64,000 nucleotides of DNA from Halioglobus sp. (GTDB taxonomy: Bacteria > Pseudomonadota > Gammaproteobacteria > Pseudomonadales > Halieaceae), in assembly GCA_020443425.1 (NCBI GenBank), contig JAGRIE010000014.1, positions 12,119 through 76,118 of the forward strand, read 5' to 3'. The position numbers and the translations under genes were made by a program. A model generated the notes under the pieces. The model saw only the letters and a list, made by a program, of their open reading frames with translations. It was not told the origin of the DNA and did not search any database. Below, piece by piece: positions 11,616-23,580 of the stretch; positions within the stretch are counted from its first letter, which is position 1, and the number at the start of each line of letters is the position of its first letter.

Positions 11616-12452
11616 GTGAATACCTTGATTAAAAAATGCCTGTTCCCCGTCGCCGGATACGGCACCCGGTTCCTGCCCGCGACCAAGAGTATGCCCAAGG
11701 AAATGCTGCCGGTGGTGAACAAGCCACTGGTGCAGTACGGGGTGGAAGAGGCCATCGCCGCAGGTATGACGACCTGCGCCATGGTCACCGGTCGCGGCAA
11801 ACGCGCCATCGCAGATCATTTTGATATCAGCTATGAACTGGAGCACCAGATATCGGGTACCGGCAAGGAGATGGCGCTTGCCAGTATCCGCAATGTGCTG
11901 GACAAGGGTGTGTTCACCACGGTACGCCAGCGCGAGATGAAAGGTCTGGGTCACGCCATCCTGACCGGCGAGGCGCTGATCGGCAATGAACCCTTTGGTG
12001 TCCTGCTGTCGGATGACCTGTGTGTCAATGAAGGGCCCGGTGTGCTGGCGCAGATGGCGGAGTTGTACAACCAGTTCCGCTGTTCGATTGTCGCCATCCA
12101 GGAGGTGCCGTCAGACCAGACCCACAAGTACGGGGTGATAGGCGGCAAGAGCCTGAAAGAGGGGATTTACAGTGTCGAGGAGATGGTTGAGAAGCCGCAG
12201 CCTCAAGATGCGCCCTCCAACCTGGCGATCATCGGGCGCTACATCCTGACCCCTGATATTTTCGACATCATCCGCGAGACGGGCCCCGGAGCCAACGGGG
12301 AGATCCAACTCACCGACGCGCTGCAGACCCAGGCGAGAAAAGGCTGTGTGATTGCCTACAAATTCAAGGGCAGGCGCTTCGATTGCGGCAGTGTGCCCGG
12401 GTTTGTCGAGGCGACAAATTTTGTTTACGAAAATTACTACCAGAAGAATTGA
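11616..12452 (+). CDS. galU: UTP-glucose-1-phosphate uridylyltransferase
   Basis: FPVAGYGTRFLPATKSMPKEMLPVVNKP, KGLGHA, VEKP, RFDCG. Confidence 0.96.
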   Translation: MNTLIKKCLFPVAGYGTRFLPATKSMPKEMLPVVNKPLVQYGVEEAIAAGMTTCAMVTGRGKRAIADHFDISYELEHQISGTGKEMALASIRNVLDKGVFTTVRQREMKGLGHAILTGEALIGNEPFGVLLSDDLCVNEGPGVLAQMAELYNQFRCSIVAIQEVPSDQTHKYGVIGGKSLKEGIYSVEEMVEKPQPQDAPSNLAIIGRYILTPDIFDIIRETGPGANGEIQLTDALQTQARKGCVIAYKFKGRRFDCGSVPGFVEATNFVYENYYQKN

Positions 12453-12461
12453 GAGAGCCGA

Positions 12462-13811
12462 GTGCAAGAAATAACCTGTTTTAAAGCCTACGATGTCCGC
12501 GGGCGTGTCCCCGACCAACTGAACGAAGAGATCGCACGGCGTATCGGGCGGGCGTTTGCCGAAGTCGTCAAGCCGCGACAAGTGGTTGTGGGTCACGACA
12601 TTCGTTTGAGCAGCGAATCCATCAAGGCGGCCGTCACCCAGGGCCTGTTGGAGCAGGGTGTTGACGTCTACGATATCGGGCTGTGCGGCACCGAGGAAAT
12701 TTATTTTGCCACTTCCCACGCCGGGATGGACGGCGGAATCGCGATCACGGCCAGCCACAACCCGAAGGATTACAACGGCATGAAGTTTGTGCGCGAGGAG
12801 TCGCGGCCGATCTCAGGGGATACCGGGCTGTTTGATATCAAGGCGCTGACGGAGCGTGACGAATTCACCCCGGCAGCGAAACCCGGGCAGTTGCACACGC
12901 TGGATACGTCCGAGGCCTATGTGCAGCACCTGCTGTCCTATGTCGATGTCGCCAGCCTGAAACCGCTGAAGATTGTGGTGGATGCGGGTAACGGCGGCGC
13001 CGGTCGGGTTGTGGACCTGCTGGAACCGCACCTGCCGTTCGAGTTTATCAAACTTCATCACGAGGCCGATGGGCATTTCCCCAACGGGGTGCCCAATCCA
13101 CTGCTGCCGGAAAACCGCACCGCGGCCATCGCGGCTGTCAAACAGCATGGCGCGGATATGGGCCTGGGTTGGGATGGCGATTTCGACCGCTGTTTTTTCT
13201 TTGACGAGCGCGGTGATTTCATCGAGGGCTACTACGTGGTCGGGCTGCTGGCGGAAGCGTTCCTGAAGAAACAGGGGCCGGCGCGTATTGTTCACGACCC
13301 GCGCCTGACCTGGAACACTATCGATATCGTGACTTCGAATGGTGGCGAGGCGATAGAGAGCAAGACCGGTCACGCCTTCATCAAGGAGCGTATGCGACTG
13401 GAGAATGCCGTGTACGGCGGGGAGATGAGTGCGCACCACTATTTCAGGGATTTCGCCTACTGTGACAGTGGCATGATTCCCTGGCTGTTGGTGGCCGGGC
13501 TGGTCTGTGACAGTGGCCAGCCTTTGTCAGAGCTGGTCGCCCAGCGGGTGGCGGCGTTCCCGTGCAGCGGTGAAATCAACCGCACTATCGAGGACCCTGC
13601 CGGTGTGCTCGCGAAAGTGGAAGCGGCTTATGCCGGACAGGCGGAGTCGGTCGAGCGGGTTGATGGCCTGAGTATGTCGATGGGCGACTGGCGCTTCAAT
13701 TTGCGCATGTCCAATACCGAGCCTGTTGTGCGCCTCAATGTGGAGAGTCGCGGCGATCACGCCCTGATGGAAAGCAAGACTGCGGAGTTGCTGGCGCTGA
13801 TCGACGCCTGA
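12462..13811 (+). CDS. manB: Phosphomannomutase/phosphoglucomutase (CpsG/ManB type)
   Basis: [14 protein letters not shown] (phosphoserine), DGDFDR (metal loop), GEMSAHHYF. Confidence 0.93.
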   Translation: MQEITCFKAYDVRGRVPDQLNEEIARRIGRAFAEVVKPRQVVVGHDIRLSSESIKAAVTQGLLEQGVDVYDIGLCGTEEIYFATSHAGMDGGIAITASHNPKDYNGMKFVREESRPISGDTGLFDIKALTERDEFTPAAKPGQLHTLDTSEAYVQHLLSYVDVASLKPLKIVVDAGNGGAGRVVDLLEPHLPFEFIKLHHEADGHFPNGVPNPLLPENRTAAIAAVKQHGADMGLGWDGDFDRCFFFDERGDFIEGYYVVGLLAEAFLKKQGPARIVHDPRLTWNTIDIVTSNGGEAIESKTGHAFIKERMRLENAVYGGEMSAHHYFRDFAYCDSGMIPWLLVAGLVCDSGQPLSELVAQRVAAFPCSGEINRTIEDPAGVLAKVEAAYAGQAESVERVDGLSMSMGDWRFNLRMSNTEPVVRLNVESRGDHALMESKTAELLALIDA

Positions 13812-13834
13812 GTGCGCCCGCCGATTTTCCCGTC

Positions 13835-15475
13835 TTAGCGCGTGGCGTCCCGCCAGCGCTCGATCAGGTGTTCCGTCGCTGCATCCATGGTGTCGTCGGC
13901 GCCGATGCCGTCAGTCAGCCGTCCCAGTATATCGGTGCTGATTTCCTTGCCCAGTTCCACCCCCCACTGATCGAAGGAATTGATTCCCCACAGCAGGCCG
14001 CTGCAATAGGTGCGGTGCTCGTACAGCGCCAGCAGTGCCCCCAGCGTGCCCGGGTTCAGCGACGCCATGGTAATAACACTGCTGGGGCGGTTGCCCGGCA
14101 TGACCAGATGCGAAGCCAGTGTCGCAGCGGCCTCATCGTCCAGCCCTCGACGCAGCAGCGCCTGCCTGGCCTGCTCAAGTGAGCGGCCGACCATCAGCGT
14201 GCGGCTCTGTGCCAGGCAGTTTGCGACCAGGATGCGGTGTTGCTGCTGCTCGCTGGTGTGTGTCGTCAGCGGCAGGATAAAATCGACCGGACACAGTAAA
14301 GTACCCTGGTGCAGCAACTGGTGGAAGGAGTGCTGGCCCATGGTGCCGGCCGAGCCCCAGAGCACCGGAGCGGTAGTGTAGTGCAATAACTCGCCGCTAT
14401 TGCTAACGCGTTTGCCATTACTCTCCATCGTCAGTTGTTGCAGGAAATCGGGGAGTCGTTGCAGGCTGTGATCATACGGCAGCACAACGTGATTACCGGC
14501 CCCGAAGAAATTGCAGTACCAGATCTCCAGCAGGCTCATCAGCAGCGGCAGGTTCTCGCCGGGCTCGCTGTGGCGGAAATGTTGGTCCATAGCCTCTGCG
14601 CCGGCGAGAAACTCCGAGAAACGCTCCCAGCCGACAGCGATGGCGCAGCTCAACCCAACGGCGGACCAGACGGAGTAGCGCCCACCGACCCAGTCCCACA
14701 TCGGCAGGCAGTTGGCCTCGGGAATGCCGAAATCGCGGGCCGCCTGCAAGTTGGTGGTGACTGCGAGGAAGTGCCTGTCCAGCTCAGTTGTTGTCGCCCC
14801 TGCATGCAGCATCCAGTCGCGTGCGGCCAGGCCGTTGGCCAGTGTCTCCTCCGTGCGAAATGATTTCGAGCAGATGATGAAAGCGGTGGCAGCGGGGTTT
14901 AGCGTGGCCAGCGTATCCTGCAGGTCGGCGGGGTCCACATTGGAGACGTAGTGGCAGCGCACCCGGCCGTGAAAGGGTTTCAAGGCCTGTGTCACCAGTC
15001 GCGGCCCGAGATCCGAGCCGCCGATGCCGATGTTGACCACATCGGTAATGGTGGTGCCTGAATACCCGGTATGCTCGCCCCGGTGCAGTCGTTCAGCCAT
15101 CGTCTGCATGCGACTCCGGGCTGTGACCACTTCCCGGAACCTGTCCTCCTGTCCGCCGGCACTGGACGCTCGCAACAGGGTATGCAGTGCCGGCCGGCCC
15201 TCGGTGTTGTTGACACGCACGCCGTCGAAAAGGTCTGCAATGCCCTGCTGCACCCCGGCCTGCTCGGCCAGTTGCAGGAGGGCGGCGCGTGCGCCCCGGG
15301 TCAGCAGTTGCTTGGAGTAATCCAGGTGCAGCCCCGCTGCCGATGCCGTGAAGGTCTCCGCCCGCTGCGGGTCGGCTTCAAACAGGCCCTGCAGTGATGC
15401 CGATGCCAGCTGCTTGGCGAGTTCCTCCAGTGCATTGTAGGCGGGCAGGTCGGGGAGGAGTGCGCGTGCAATCAT
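13835..15475 (-). CDS. pgi: Glucose-6-phosphate isomerase
   Basis: NIGIGGSDLGP, SKSF.TEET, DWVGGRYSVWS, QQLTMESNGK, GQHSFHQLLHQG, SFDQWGVELGK. Confidence 0.96.
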   Translation of the reverse strand: MIARALLPDLPAYNALEELAKQLASASLQGLFEADPQRAETFTASAAGLHLDYSKQLLTRGARAALLQLAEQAGVQQGIADLFDGVRVNNTEGRPALHTLLRASSAGGQEDRFREVVTARSRMQTMAERLHRGEHTGYSGTTITDVVNIGIGGSDLGPRLVTQALKPFHGRVRCHYVSNVDPADLQDTLATLNPAATAFIICSKSFRTEETLANGLAARDWMLHAGATTTELDRHFLAVTTNLQAARDFGIPEANCLPMWDWVGGRYSVWSAVGLSCAIAVGWERFSEFLAGAEAMDQHFRHSEPGENLPLLMSLLEIWYCNFFGAGNHVVLPYDHSLQRLPDFLQQLTMESNGKRVSNSGELLHYTTAPVLWGSAGTMGQHSFHQLLHQGTLLCPVDFILPLTTHTSEQQQHRILVANCLAQSRTLMVGRSLEQARQALLRRGLDDEAAATLASHLVMPGNRPSSVITMASLNPGTLGALLALYEHRTYCSGLLWGINSFDQWGVELGKEISTDILGRLTDGIGADDTMDAATEHLIERWRDATR

Positions 15476-15498
15476 GGTGGGGTTCCGCTGGGACAGGT

Positions 15499-15551
15499 CA
15501 GTCAGTGCAATTCAGTCACTGCAGTATAGAAAGAGCAATATCCCGGCGCAA
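15499..15551 (-). promoter_or_regulatory. Putative pgi sigma70 promoter with an 11-nt direct repeat just downstream of -10
   Basis: Minus strand TTGCGC-17-TATACT (15551-15523); plus strand CAGTCAGTGCA-att-CAGTCACTGCA at 15499-15523. Confidence 0.45.
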
Positions 15552-15592
15552 ACGAAAGACGGCGCAGCTGGGAGGAAACCCCGGCTGCGCGC

Positions 15593-16555
15593 TCAGTTTT
15601 CGCGATTGATTGCCAGCTCTGTCAATCGCACCAGCGCAGTGCGGGCGTCGCCGGCGGGTACCGTTGCCAGGCTCTGAAGCGCGAGGTCACAGTAGTGCCG
15701 CGCGCGCAAGCGGGTGTGGTCGAGGGCGCCGCAGCGCTTTACCGCCGTCGTGATCTGTACGATCTGGTCGGCACTCTTGCGGGTGATGGCGTCGCGAATA
15801 ACGGCCTGTTCCTCGGGGTTTCCCCTGCGCAGGGTATGGATCAGCGGCAGGGTGACTTTCCCCTCCATTAAATCATCCCCGACATTTTTTCCCATTGTGG
15901 CAGGGTCGCCGTCGTAATCCAGCACGTCATCAATCATCTGGAATGCGATGCCCAGGTTGAGGCCGTAGTCGCGCAGCGCGTCGCGGGTCTGCTGATCCTG
16001 GCTCGACAGGGTGGCGGCGCCATAGCAGGCAGCGGCGAACAGGATCGCGGTTTTGCGGGTGATCACATCCAGGTATTGCGCCTCGCTGGTGTCGGCGTCA
16101 CCGGCGCGTGTCAACTGCAAGACCTCGCCCTCGGCAATGGTATTGGTGGTCTCCGCCATGTGGGCGAGGATATCCATGTCGCCGAGGCGCACCATCAGCT
16201 GGAACGCCCGGGTATACAGGAAATCGCCGACCAGCACCGAGGGGGCGTTGCCGAATTCGGCGTTGGCGGTGGGGCGCCCGCGGCGCAGGGTGGAGATGTC
16301 GACTACGTCATCGTGCAGCAGTGTGGCGGTGTGGATAAACTCGATAACCGCGGCAAATGTGATATGCGCATCGCTGCAGCGGCCCAGGGCGGCCGCGCTC
16401 AGCAGTACCAGCAGAGGGCGCAGCCGTTTTCCGCCGGCGTCGACGATGTAGTGCCCGACATTCTCCACCATATCCACATCGGAGTGAAGCTGGTTGACGA
16501 TCAACTGGTTAACCAGCTGGAATTCGTGGGCGACGGTGGCGCGTATCTGTTGCAT
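15593..16555 (-). CDS. ispB: Octaprenyl diphosphate synthase
   Basis: GGKRLRP, first Asp-rich motif LLHDDVVD...RRG, second FQMIDDVLDY, GKNVGDDL.EGK. Confidence 0.95.
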   Translation of the reverse strand: MQQIRATVAHEFQLVNQLIVNQLHSDVDMVENVGHYIVDAGGKRLRPLLVLLSAAALGRCSDAHITFAAVIEFIHTATLLHDDVVDISTLRRGRPTANAEFGNAPSVLVGDFLYTRAFQLMVRLGDMDILAHMAETTNTIAEGEVLQLTRAGDADTSEAQYLDVITRKTAILFAAACYGAATLSSQDQQTRDALRDYGLNLGIAFQMIDDVLDYDGDPATMGKNVGDDLMEGKVTLPLIHTLRRGNPEEQAVIRDAITRKSADQIVQITTAVKRCGALDHTRLRARHYCDLALQSLATVPAGDARTALVRLTELAINREN

Positions 16556-16671
16556 AGGGAGCGGAGGAATGAAAAGTGCCCGCGCATGCTAGGATGCGAC
16601 CACGGGTGTGTCAAGCAGCAGGGCCCGGCGGATCGCGTTTGCAACTCATTGTTTTAATGAAAAATTAAACC

Positions 16672-16700
16672 TTGCTCCACTATGCCGATTTGCGTAAAAT
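16672..16700 (+). promoter_or_regulatory. Putative sigma70 promoter of rplU-rpmA
   Basis: TTGCTC-17-TAAAAT preceded by an AT-rich UP-like tract (gttttaatgaaaaattaaac). Confidence 0.6.
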
Positions 16701-16833
16701 CGCCGGCCTCCGGACCGTGCTGCGTGCAATCGTGGTGGTCGCGGGTAAACCCAACTGTTTGTGCCTGACTCTGCCCCCTTGATTTACAAGGGTTTATTAC
16801 GACTGCGAGCAGGCTAATTGAACGGAGCACACT

Positions 16834-17142
16834 ATGTACGCAGTCATTGAAAGCGGTGGTAAGCAACACCGTGTCGTAGAGGGTGAAACCCTCAAACTGG
16901 AAAAAATTGAAGTCGCACCGGGCGAGACCATCGAGTTCGACAAGGTCCTCATGGTGGGTGGCGATACGATTAAAATCGGCACGCCCCTGGTCGAGGGCGG
17001 CGTGGTGACGGCGGAAGTCGTTGCGCAGGGCCGTCACAAGAAGGTCAAGATCGTCAAATTCAACCGTCGTAAGCACTATCGTAGAGAGACTGGCCATCGC
17101 CAGTGGTTTACCGAAGTGAAGATAACCGGTATCAAGGCTTAA
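16834..17142 (+). CDS. rplU: 50S ribosomal protein L21
   Basis: [17 protein letters not shown]...[14 protein letters not shown]. Confidence 0.98.
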   Translation: MYAVIESGGKQHRVVEGETLKLEKIEVAPGETIEFDKVLMVGGDTIKIGTPLVEGGVVTAEVVAQGRHKKVKIVKFNRRKHYRRETGHRQWFTEVKITGIKA

Positions 17143-17157
17143 GGGAGGGCTTGGACA

Positions 17158-18712
<1,555 letters not shown>

Positions 18713-18720
18713 GAATCCGG

Positions 18721-19842
18721 ATGACAGACAGAACTGAAATTGCCAAATCCCGGCGCTGGGTGGTAAAAGTCGGGAGCGCGCTGCTGACCAATGACGGTCG
18801 CGGCCTCGACGAGGGGGTGATCGCCGCACTGGTGGACCAGCTGGCGCAACTGCGCGCCGCCGGTTGCGAAGTGGTGCTGGTCTCCAGTGGTGCTGTGGCC
18901 GCGGGGATTGTGCGCCTGGGCTGGACCGCACGCCCGCACCTGTTGCACGAGTTGCAGGCCGCCGCCGCAGTGGGGCAATCGATTCTGGTGCAGTGCTATG
19001 AGGCCGGTTTCAAGCGCCACAACCTCGCCACTGCCCAGGTACTGCTGGTGCATGACGACGTACTGGCGCGCGATCGCTATCTCAACGCCCGCGGCACGCT
19101 GAAGACGCTGCTGAAACTGGGTGTGGTGCCGATCGTCAACGAGAATGACACCGTGGTGACCGATGAGATCCGCTTCGGTGATAACGACACGCTGGCCGCG
19201 CTGGTGGCCAACCTGATCGACGCTGAGGTGCTGGTGCTGCTGACCGACCAGCAGGGGCTGTACCGGGAGGACCCGCGACAGAATCCGGCTGCCGAGCTGG
19301 TGGAAACCTGCGATGTGAAGGACCCGGCACTGGATGACATGGCGGGAGAGGGCGGCGCTCTCGGCCGCGGCGGGATGGTGACGAAACTGCGCGCAGCGCG
19401 GTTGGCGGCGCGCTCCGGAACCGAGACGGTCATCGCCTCCGGTCGCACCCCGAATATCCTCGCCAGTATCGTCGCCGGTGCCAATGTCGGCACCTGGTTG
19501 CGCACCGGCAAGCAGCCCGAGAACGCCCGCAAGCAGTGGCTGGCAGGCATGGTGCAGACGGCCGGTAGCGTGGAACTGGACGACGGTGCCGTGCGCGTGC
19601 TGCGCGAATCCGGTCGCAGCCTGTTGCCGGTCGGTGTCTGCGAGGTGCGCGGCAATTTTTCTCGCGGTGACATGGTCTCCTGTCGCGACGGTCAGGGCCG
19701 CGAGGTGGCGCGCGGACTGGTTAATTACAGTGCCGTGGAAACGCGGCGCATCATGGGTTCGCCGTCGCGGGAAATCGAGAACATTCTCGGCTACCAGCTG
19801 GACGAGGAGCTCATTCACCGGGATAACCTGGTGCTGTTGTAA
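18721..19842 (+). CDS. proB: Glutamate 5-kinase with PUA domain
   Basis: [28 protein letters not shown]...[16 protein letters not shown]; C-terminal PUA domain. Confidence 0.97.
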   Translation: MTDRTEIAKSRRWVVKVGSALLTNDGRGLDEGVIAALVDQLAQLRAAGCEVVLVSSGAVAAGIVRLGWTARPHLLHELQAAAAVGQSILVQCYEAGFKRHNLATAQVLLVHDDVLARDRYLNARGTLKTLLKLGVVPIVNENDTVVTDEIRFGDNDTLAALVANLIDAEVLVLLTDQQGLYREDPRQNPAAELVETCDVKDPALDDMAGEGGALGRGGMVTKLRAARLAARSGTETVIASGRTPNILASIVAGANVGTWLRTGKQPENARKQWLAGMVQTAGSVELDDGAVRVLRESGRSLLPVGVCEVRGNFSRGDMVSCRDGQGREVARGLVNYSAVETRRIMGSPSREIENILGYQLDEELIHRDNLVLL

Positions 19843-20016
19843 GTACCTGATAGCGGTCGATTTACCGGCACCCGGCTGAGTGAGAAGACCGCTTCAGAGG
19901 CAGCCTGCCTGGGCCAGGGCCAGAATTGAAATGTAAATGAAATCGGAGGCTTTGGTCCTATCCGATACCTCGTCGTGTCCAGACAATAATGGCTGATTAA
20001 TAAAAAGGACGACGGA

Positions 20017-20778
20017 ATGAGAACTTACGCACTGACGGGCGGCGCTACGGGTATTGGCGCTGCGATCAAGCAGCGCCTGCGTGAAGAAGGCAGCCAGGTG
20101 ATCGTTGTCGATATCAAGGACGCCGACATCATCGCTGATTTATCCAGTAAAGAGGGCCGGCAGGCCGCTATAGCCGGAATCCACAGGGCCGCATCGCAGG
20201 GGCTGGATGGACTTGTCACCTGTGCAGGCCTCGGCTCGAACGCTACTGACCATGCACTGGTCACACAGGTCAATTACTTCGGTACGGTCGAACTCGTCGA
20301 GGGCACCAAAGACCTGCTGGCTGCGAAACGCGGTGCGGTCGTATTGATTTCGTCCAACTCCGCGCCGATGAACCAGAGTCCGGAGTTTGTAGAATCGCTA
20401 TGCTCCAGTGATGAAGAGAAAGCGCTCAGTTTGGCGACCACGCTCTCGGGGCAGGAAGTCTACAGTGGCACCAAAAAGGCGGTCGCCCGCTGGATGCGCA
20501 GCAATGCGGCGAACTACGCTGCCGCCGGTATACGGATGAATGCGGTAGCCCCCGGTTATACACAGACGCCGATGACAGAGCAGGTAGCGAACGACCCGAC
20601 CTACGGTCCGGCGATCAGGGATTTTCTGGCCAGTATTCCCGTTGGGTTTCCGGGCATGCCCGAGGACCAGGCGGCGGCAACCAGTTTTTTACTGAGTGAG
20701 CAGGCCAGGTTTATCTGCGGTTCGGTACTGTTTGTCGATGGCGGTCACGATGCCATGTTCAGGCCGGCGCAAATATGA
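20017..20778 (+). CDS. hsdA: SDR oxidoreductase, 3-alpha-hydroxysteroid dehydrogenase/carbonyl reductase-like
   Basis: TGGATGIGAA, IADLSSKEGRQAAIA, GLDGLVTCAGLG, VNYFG, YSGTK (YxxxK), FVDGGHDAMFRP. These blocks closely follow Comamonas testosteroni 3-alpha-HSD/CR as recalled. Confidence 0.75.
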   Translation: MRTYALTGGATGIGAAIKQRLREEGSQVIVVDIKDADIIADLSSKEGRQAAIAGIHRAASQGLDGLVTCAGLGSNATDHALVTQVNYFGTVELVEGTKDLLAAKRGAVVLISSNSAPMNQSPEFVESLCSSDEEKALSLATTLSGQEVYSGTKKAVARWMRSNAANYAAAGIRMNAVAPGYTQTPMTEQVANDPTYGPAIRDFLASIPVGFPGMPEDQAAATSFLLSEQARFICGSVLFVDGGHDAMFRPAQI

Positions 20779-20941
20779 AGGCGTCGCTATCCCGTCGTGA
20801 CATCCTGGAATACGGCGCAACGCTGGCCTGGTGATATTCGGTAAAACCGCCAGCCCGGAGTTCGGCGGTACCCCCACGACTGATTTGGCATGAAGCCCAG
20901 TCGTGGTCGTGTGCCCAGCGGGCCCAAATCTGCGCTGGCGA

Positions 20942-22483
20942 TCAGCTCAGCCAGCGGCCCAGTGGTGTCTTCACCCACATGAAGTTCATCAACTTCTTCA
21001 TGCCCTCGGCGCTTTTGGCGCTGTAGGGATAGCCATTCTGCATTTTGCCGCCGAAGCGGTCGATCACGACAGGCATTTCATGGCAGTACCCGCGCATGCC
21101 TTTCTTGCCGTTGACCTGGCCGACACCGGAATTCTTGCGTCCGCCGAAGGGGGCTGCCGGGATGCCGTAGCTCACCGCCATATCGTTGACACTGCATGAG
21201 CCTGTGTCAATTGCGGACGCGAGGCGGTAGCCCTTCTCCTTGTCCCTGGTCCAGACGTTGCCGTTGAGCCCGAACTCAGAGTCGTTGGCGAGCGCCAGTG
21301 CCTCGGCCTCGCTGTCGACTTTCTGGATACACAGAATAGGGCCAAAGGTTTCCAGGATCATGATATCCATGGTGTTGTCGACGTCAGTGATCACCGTGGG
21401 TTCGTAGTACAGGCCCGGCAGTTCCGGATTGCGGCGACCGCCCAGCAGGATACTGGCACCCTTGGCGCGCGCATCCTCTACATGGGCTTCGATGATGGCC
21501 ATCTGCCGGTCCCAGAACACGGCCCCTACATCTTCATCCCAGCCGTACTGCGGACCCTGCCGCAGGGCCTTGCCTTTCTCCAGCACCAGGCGCAGGAACT
21601 CGTCATAGACTTCTTTCACCACATAGATACGCTCGGTACCGCAACAGTAGTGCCCGGTGTTCATACACGAGCCCACCCAGGCGCCATCGGCGGCGCGGTC
21701 CAGGTCGGCATCGGCGCACACGATCATCGCGTCGTTGCCACCCAGTTCCAGTGTGCAGGGAATCAACTGGCTGGCGCAGGCCTCGGCGACATTGCGCCCG
21801 GTTGCCACCGAACCGGTGAAGGACACCTTGTCAACGCCACCGCGGACGATGGCCGCGCCGGTTTCGCCATCGCCGAGCAGCACCTGCAGCACGCCTTCGG
21901 GAAGCCCGGCCTCACGGAAAATATCTTCCGCCAGTTTGGCGGAGTAGGGTGTCACCTCGGAGCCCTTGGCCACCACGGTGTTGCCGGCCAGCAGGGCCTG
22001 GGTGGCCTGGTTCATCAGCAGTACGAAAGGGCCGTTCCACGGCGTGATGAGGCCGATGACGCCCAGCGGCTTGTAGAGGATGCGCAGCTGTTTCATCAGG
22101 CCGAGAATGCCGTGCACCCTGCGCTTGCGTGGCTTTAGAAATTTCTCCGCGTTCTTGGCGTAGTAACAGAGCTGGTCGGCAACCGAGAACACCTCCATGC
22201 TCATGGCGTCGGTGTGCGCCTTTCCGGTCTCCTTTACCACGGTGTCGATAATCTCATCCTGACGCGCCAGCACAATTTTCAGCGCCCGCTCCACGATAGC
22301 GGCGCGCGCCTTCATCGGGGTGGCGGCCCACGCGGCTTGCGCGGCCCGCGCGGTGGCGATGGCCGCCGCCACATCCTCTTTGTTGGCGCAGATCAACTCG
22401 CCGATGGGCTCCAGCGTGACAGGGCTGCGCAGCTGCAGGTGGCGGTGGGAATCAGTGGATTCAATCGGTTCGTAGATAGACAT
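20942..22483 (-). CDS. NAD(P)-dependent aldehyde dehydrogenase
   Basis: TPWNGP, FTGSVATG, catalytic Glu in LELGGND, catalytic Cys in GHYCCGTER, ETFGP. ATG at 22483 follows RBS GAGGAGG. Confidence 0.93.
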   Translation of the reverse strand: MSIYEPIESTDSHRHLQLRSPVTLEPIGELICANKEDVAAAIATARAAQAAWAATPMKARAAIVERALKIVLARQDEIIDTVVKETGKAHTDAMSMEVFSVADQLCYYAKNAEKFLKPRKRRVHGILGLMKQLRILYKPLGVIGLITPWNGPFVLLMNQATQALLAGNTVVAKGSEVTPYSAKLAEDIFREAGLPEGVLQVLLGDGETGAAIVRGGVDKVSFTGSVATGRNVAEACASQLIPCTLELGGNDAMIVCADADLDRAADGAWVGSCMNTGHYCCGTERIYVVKEVYDEFLRLVLEKGKALRQGPQYGWDEDVGAVFWDRQMAIIEAHVEDARAKGASILLGGRRNPELPGLYYEPTVITDVDNTMDIMILETFGPILCIQKVDSEAEALALANDSEFGLNGNVWTRDKEKGYRLASAIDTGSCSVNDMAVSYGIPAAPFGGRKNSGVGQVNGKKGMRGYCHEMPVVIDRFGGKMQNGYPYSAKSAEGMKKLMNFMWVKTPLGRWLS

Positions 22484-22508
22484 GGCGTCCTCCTCGCATA
22501 ATGGGGCT

Positions 22509-22537
22509 AAACTAATGGTCATTAGTTAGGGTGTCAA
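22509..22537 (-). promoter_or_regulatory. Sigma70 promoter of the ALDH gene with an 18-bp palindromic operator in the spacer
   Basis: Minus strand TTGACA-17-TAGTTT; AACTAATG-gt-CATTAGTT at 22510-22527. Confidence 0.7.
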
Positions 22538-22691
22538 TGTCTTTTGTGACGCGCGCGAGTGACCAAAAAAATCACGGCTGGCGGCATACACGCCGCGGCG
22601 CAGGGGCGCGACTCGGGGCACTGCACTTACAATTGCGGTCGAATGTGGAATAATGCGCCGCGTCGCAACCTAACCATCTGAGCGTTTACCG

Positions 22692-23567
22692 GTGTCGCCA
22701 ACGTTACTTCTGAGTGTTTACTGTCTGGCTATCGCTGGTTTCTCACTGGTGGGAGGGCTGCTGCCCAGCCTTATCCGCATGACTCACACGCGCACCCAGG
22801 TGGTGATGAGCCTGGTCTCGGGGCTGATGCTGGGGGTGGCGTTCTATCACCTGTTGCCGCACAGCGCGGCATTGGCCACTGAATCCGGGGGTGTGGATAC
22901 CACCGTCTGGTGGTTGATGATCGGGTTGATTGTGATGTTACTGCTGCTGCGTGTATTTCATTTTCACCAGCACGATTTCAGTGGCGAGGAGGGCGAGCAG
23001 CACGACCATCACGGCGATCACGATCATGCGCCGGAACTCACCCATGATCACGGTCACAGTCACGGCAAGTCGGTCCACGGCCTGAGTTGGGTGGGGTTGG
23101 CGCTGGGCCTGGCGGTGCACACCCTGATTGACGGCGTAGCACTGGGAGCGGTCATGCATGCGGGCAGCCATGCCAGCGGGGTTCTCGGCATCGGTGTGTT
23201 CCTTGCAATACTGCTGCACAAGCCGCTCGATGCCATGTCCATCGTCACTGTCATGCAGGCAGGAGGCTGGAGCAAGGGCGCGCGAGCGACCACCAATGTC
23301 GTGTTTGCGCTGATGTGTCCGCTGGGTGCGCTGCTGTTCTTTTTTGGCGTCGATGTGGTGGCCGCCGGTCGCGATCATCTCGTCGCCGTGGCGCTGGCGT
23401 TTTCGGCGGGAGCGTTCATTTGCATCGCGCTGAGCGACCTGTTGCCGGAAGTCCACTTCCACAGCCATGACCGCGGCAAGTTGACCCTCGCTTTCCTGCT
23501 GGGGATTGCGCTAGCCTACGCCATCGGCAGTGTGGAACCGGCCGGTGTCCATGCTGTGGTTCACTGA
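22692..23567 (+). CDS. ZIP family metal (Zn/Fe/Mn) transporter
   Basis: His-rich loop HHGDHDHAPELTHDHGHSHG; TM4 VHTLIDG; TM5 LHKPLD; LSDLLPE. Confidence 0.9.
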   Translation: MSPTLLLSVYCLAIAGFSLVGGLLPSLIRMTHTRTQVVMSLVSGLMLGVAFYHLLPHSAALATESGGVDTTVWWLMIGLIVMLLLLRVFHFHQHDFSGEEGEQHDHHGDHDHAPELTHDHGHSHGKSVHGLSWVGLALGLAVHTLIDGVALGAVMHAGSHASGVLGIGVFLAILLHKPLDAMSIVTVMQAGGWSKGARATTNVVFALMCPLGALLFFFGVDVVAAGRDHLVAVALAFSAGAFICIALSDLLPEVHFHSHDRGKLTLAFLLGIALAYAIGSVEPAGVHAVVH

Positions 23568-23580
23568 GAGAGGTGTCGAT

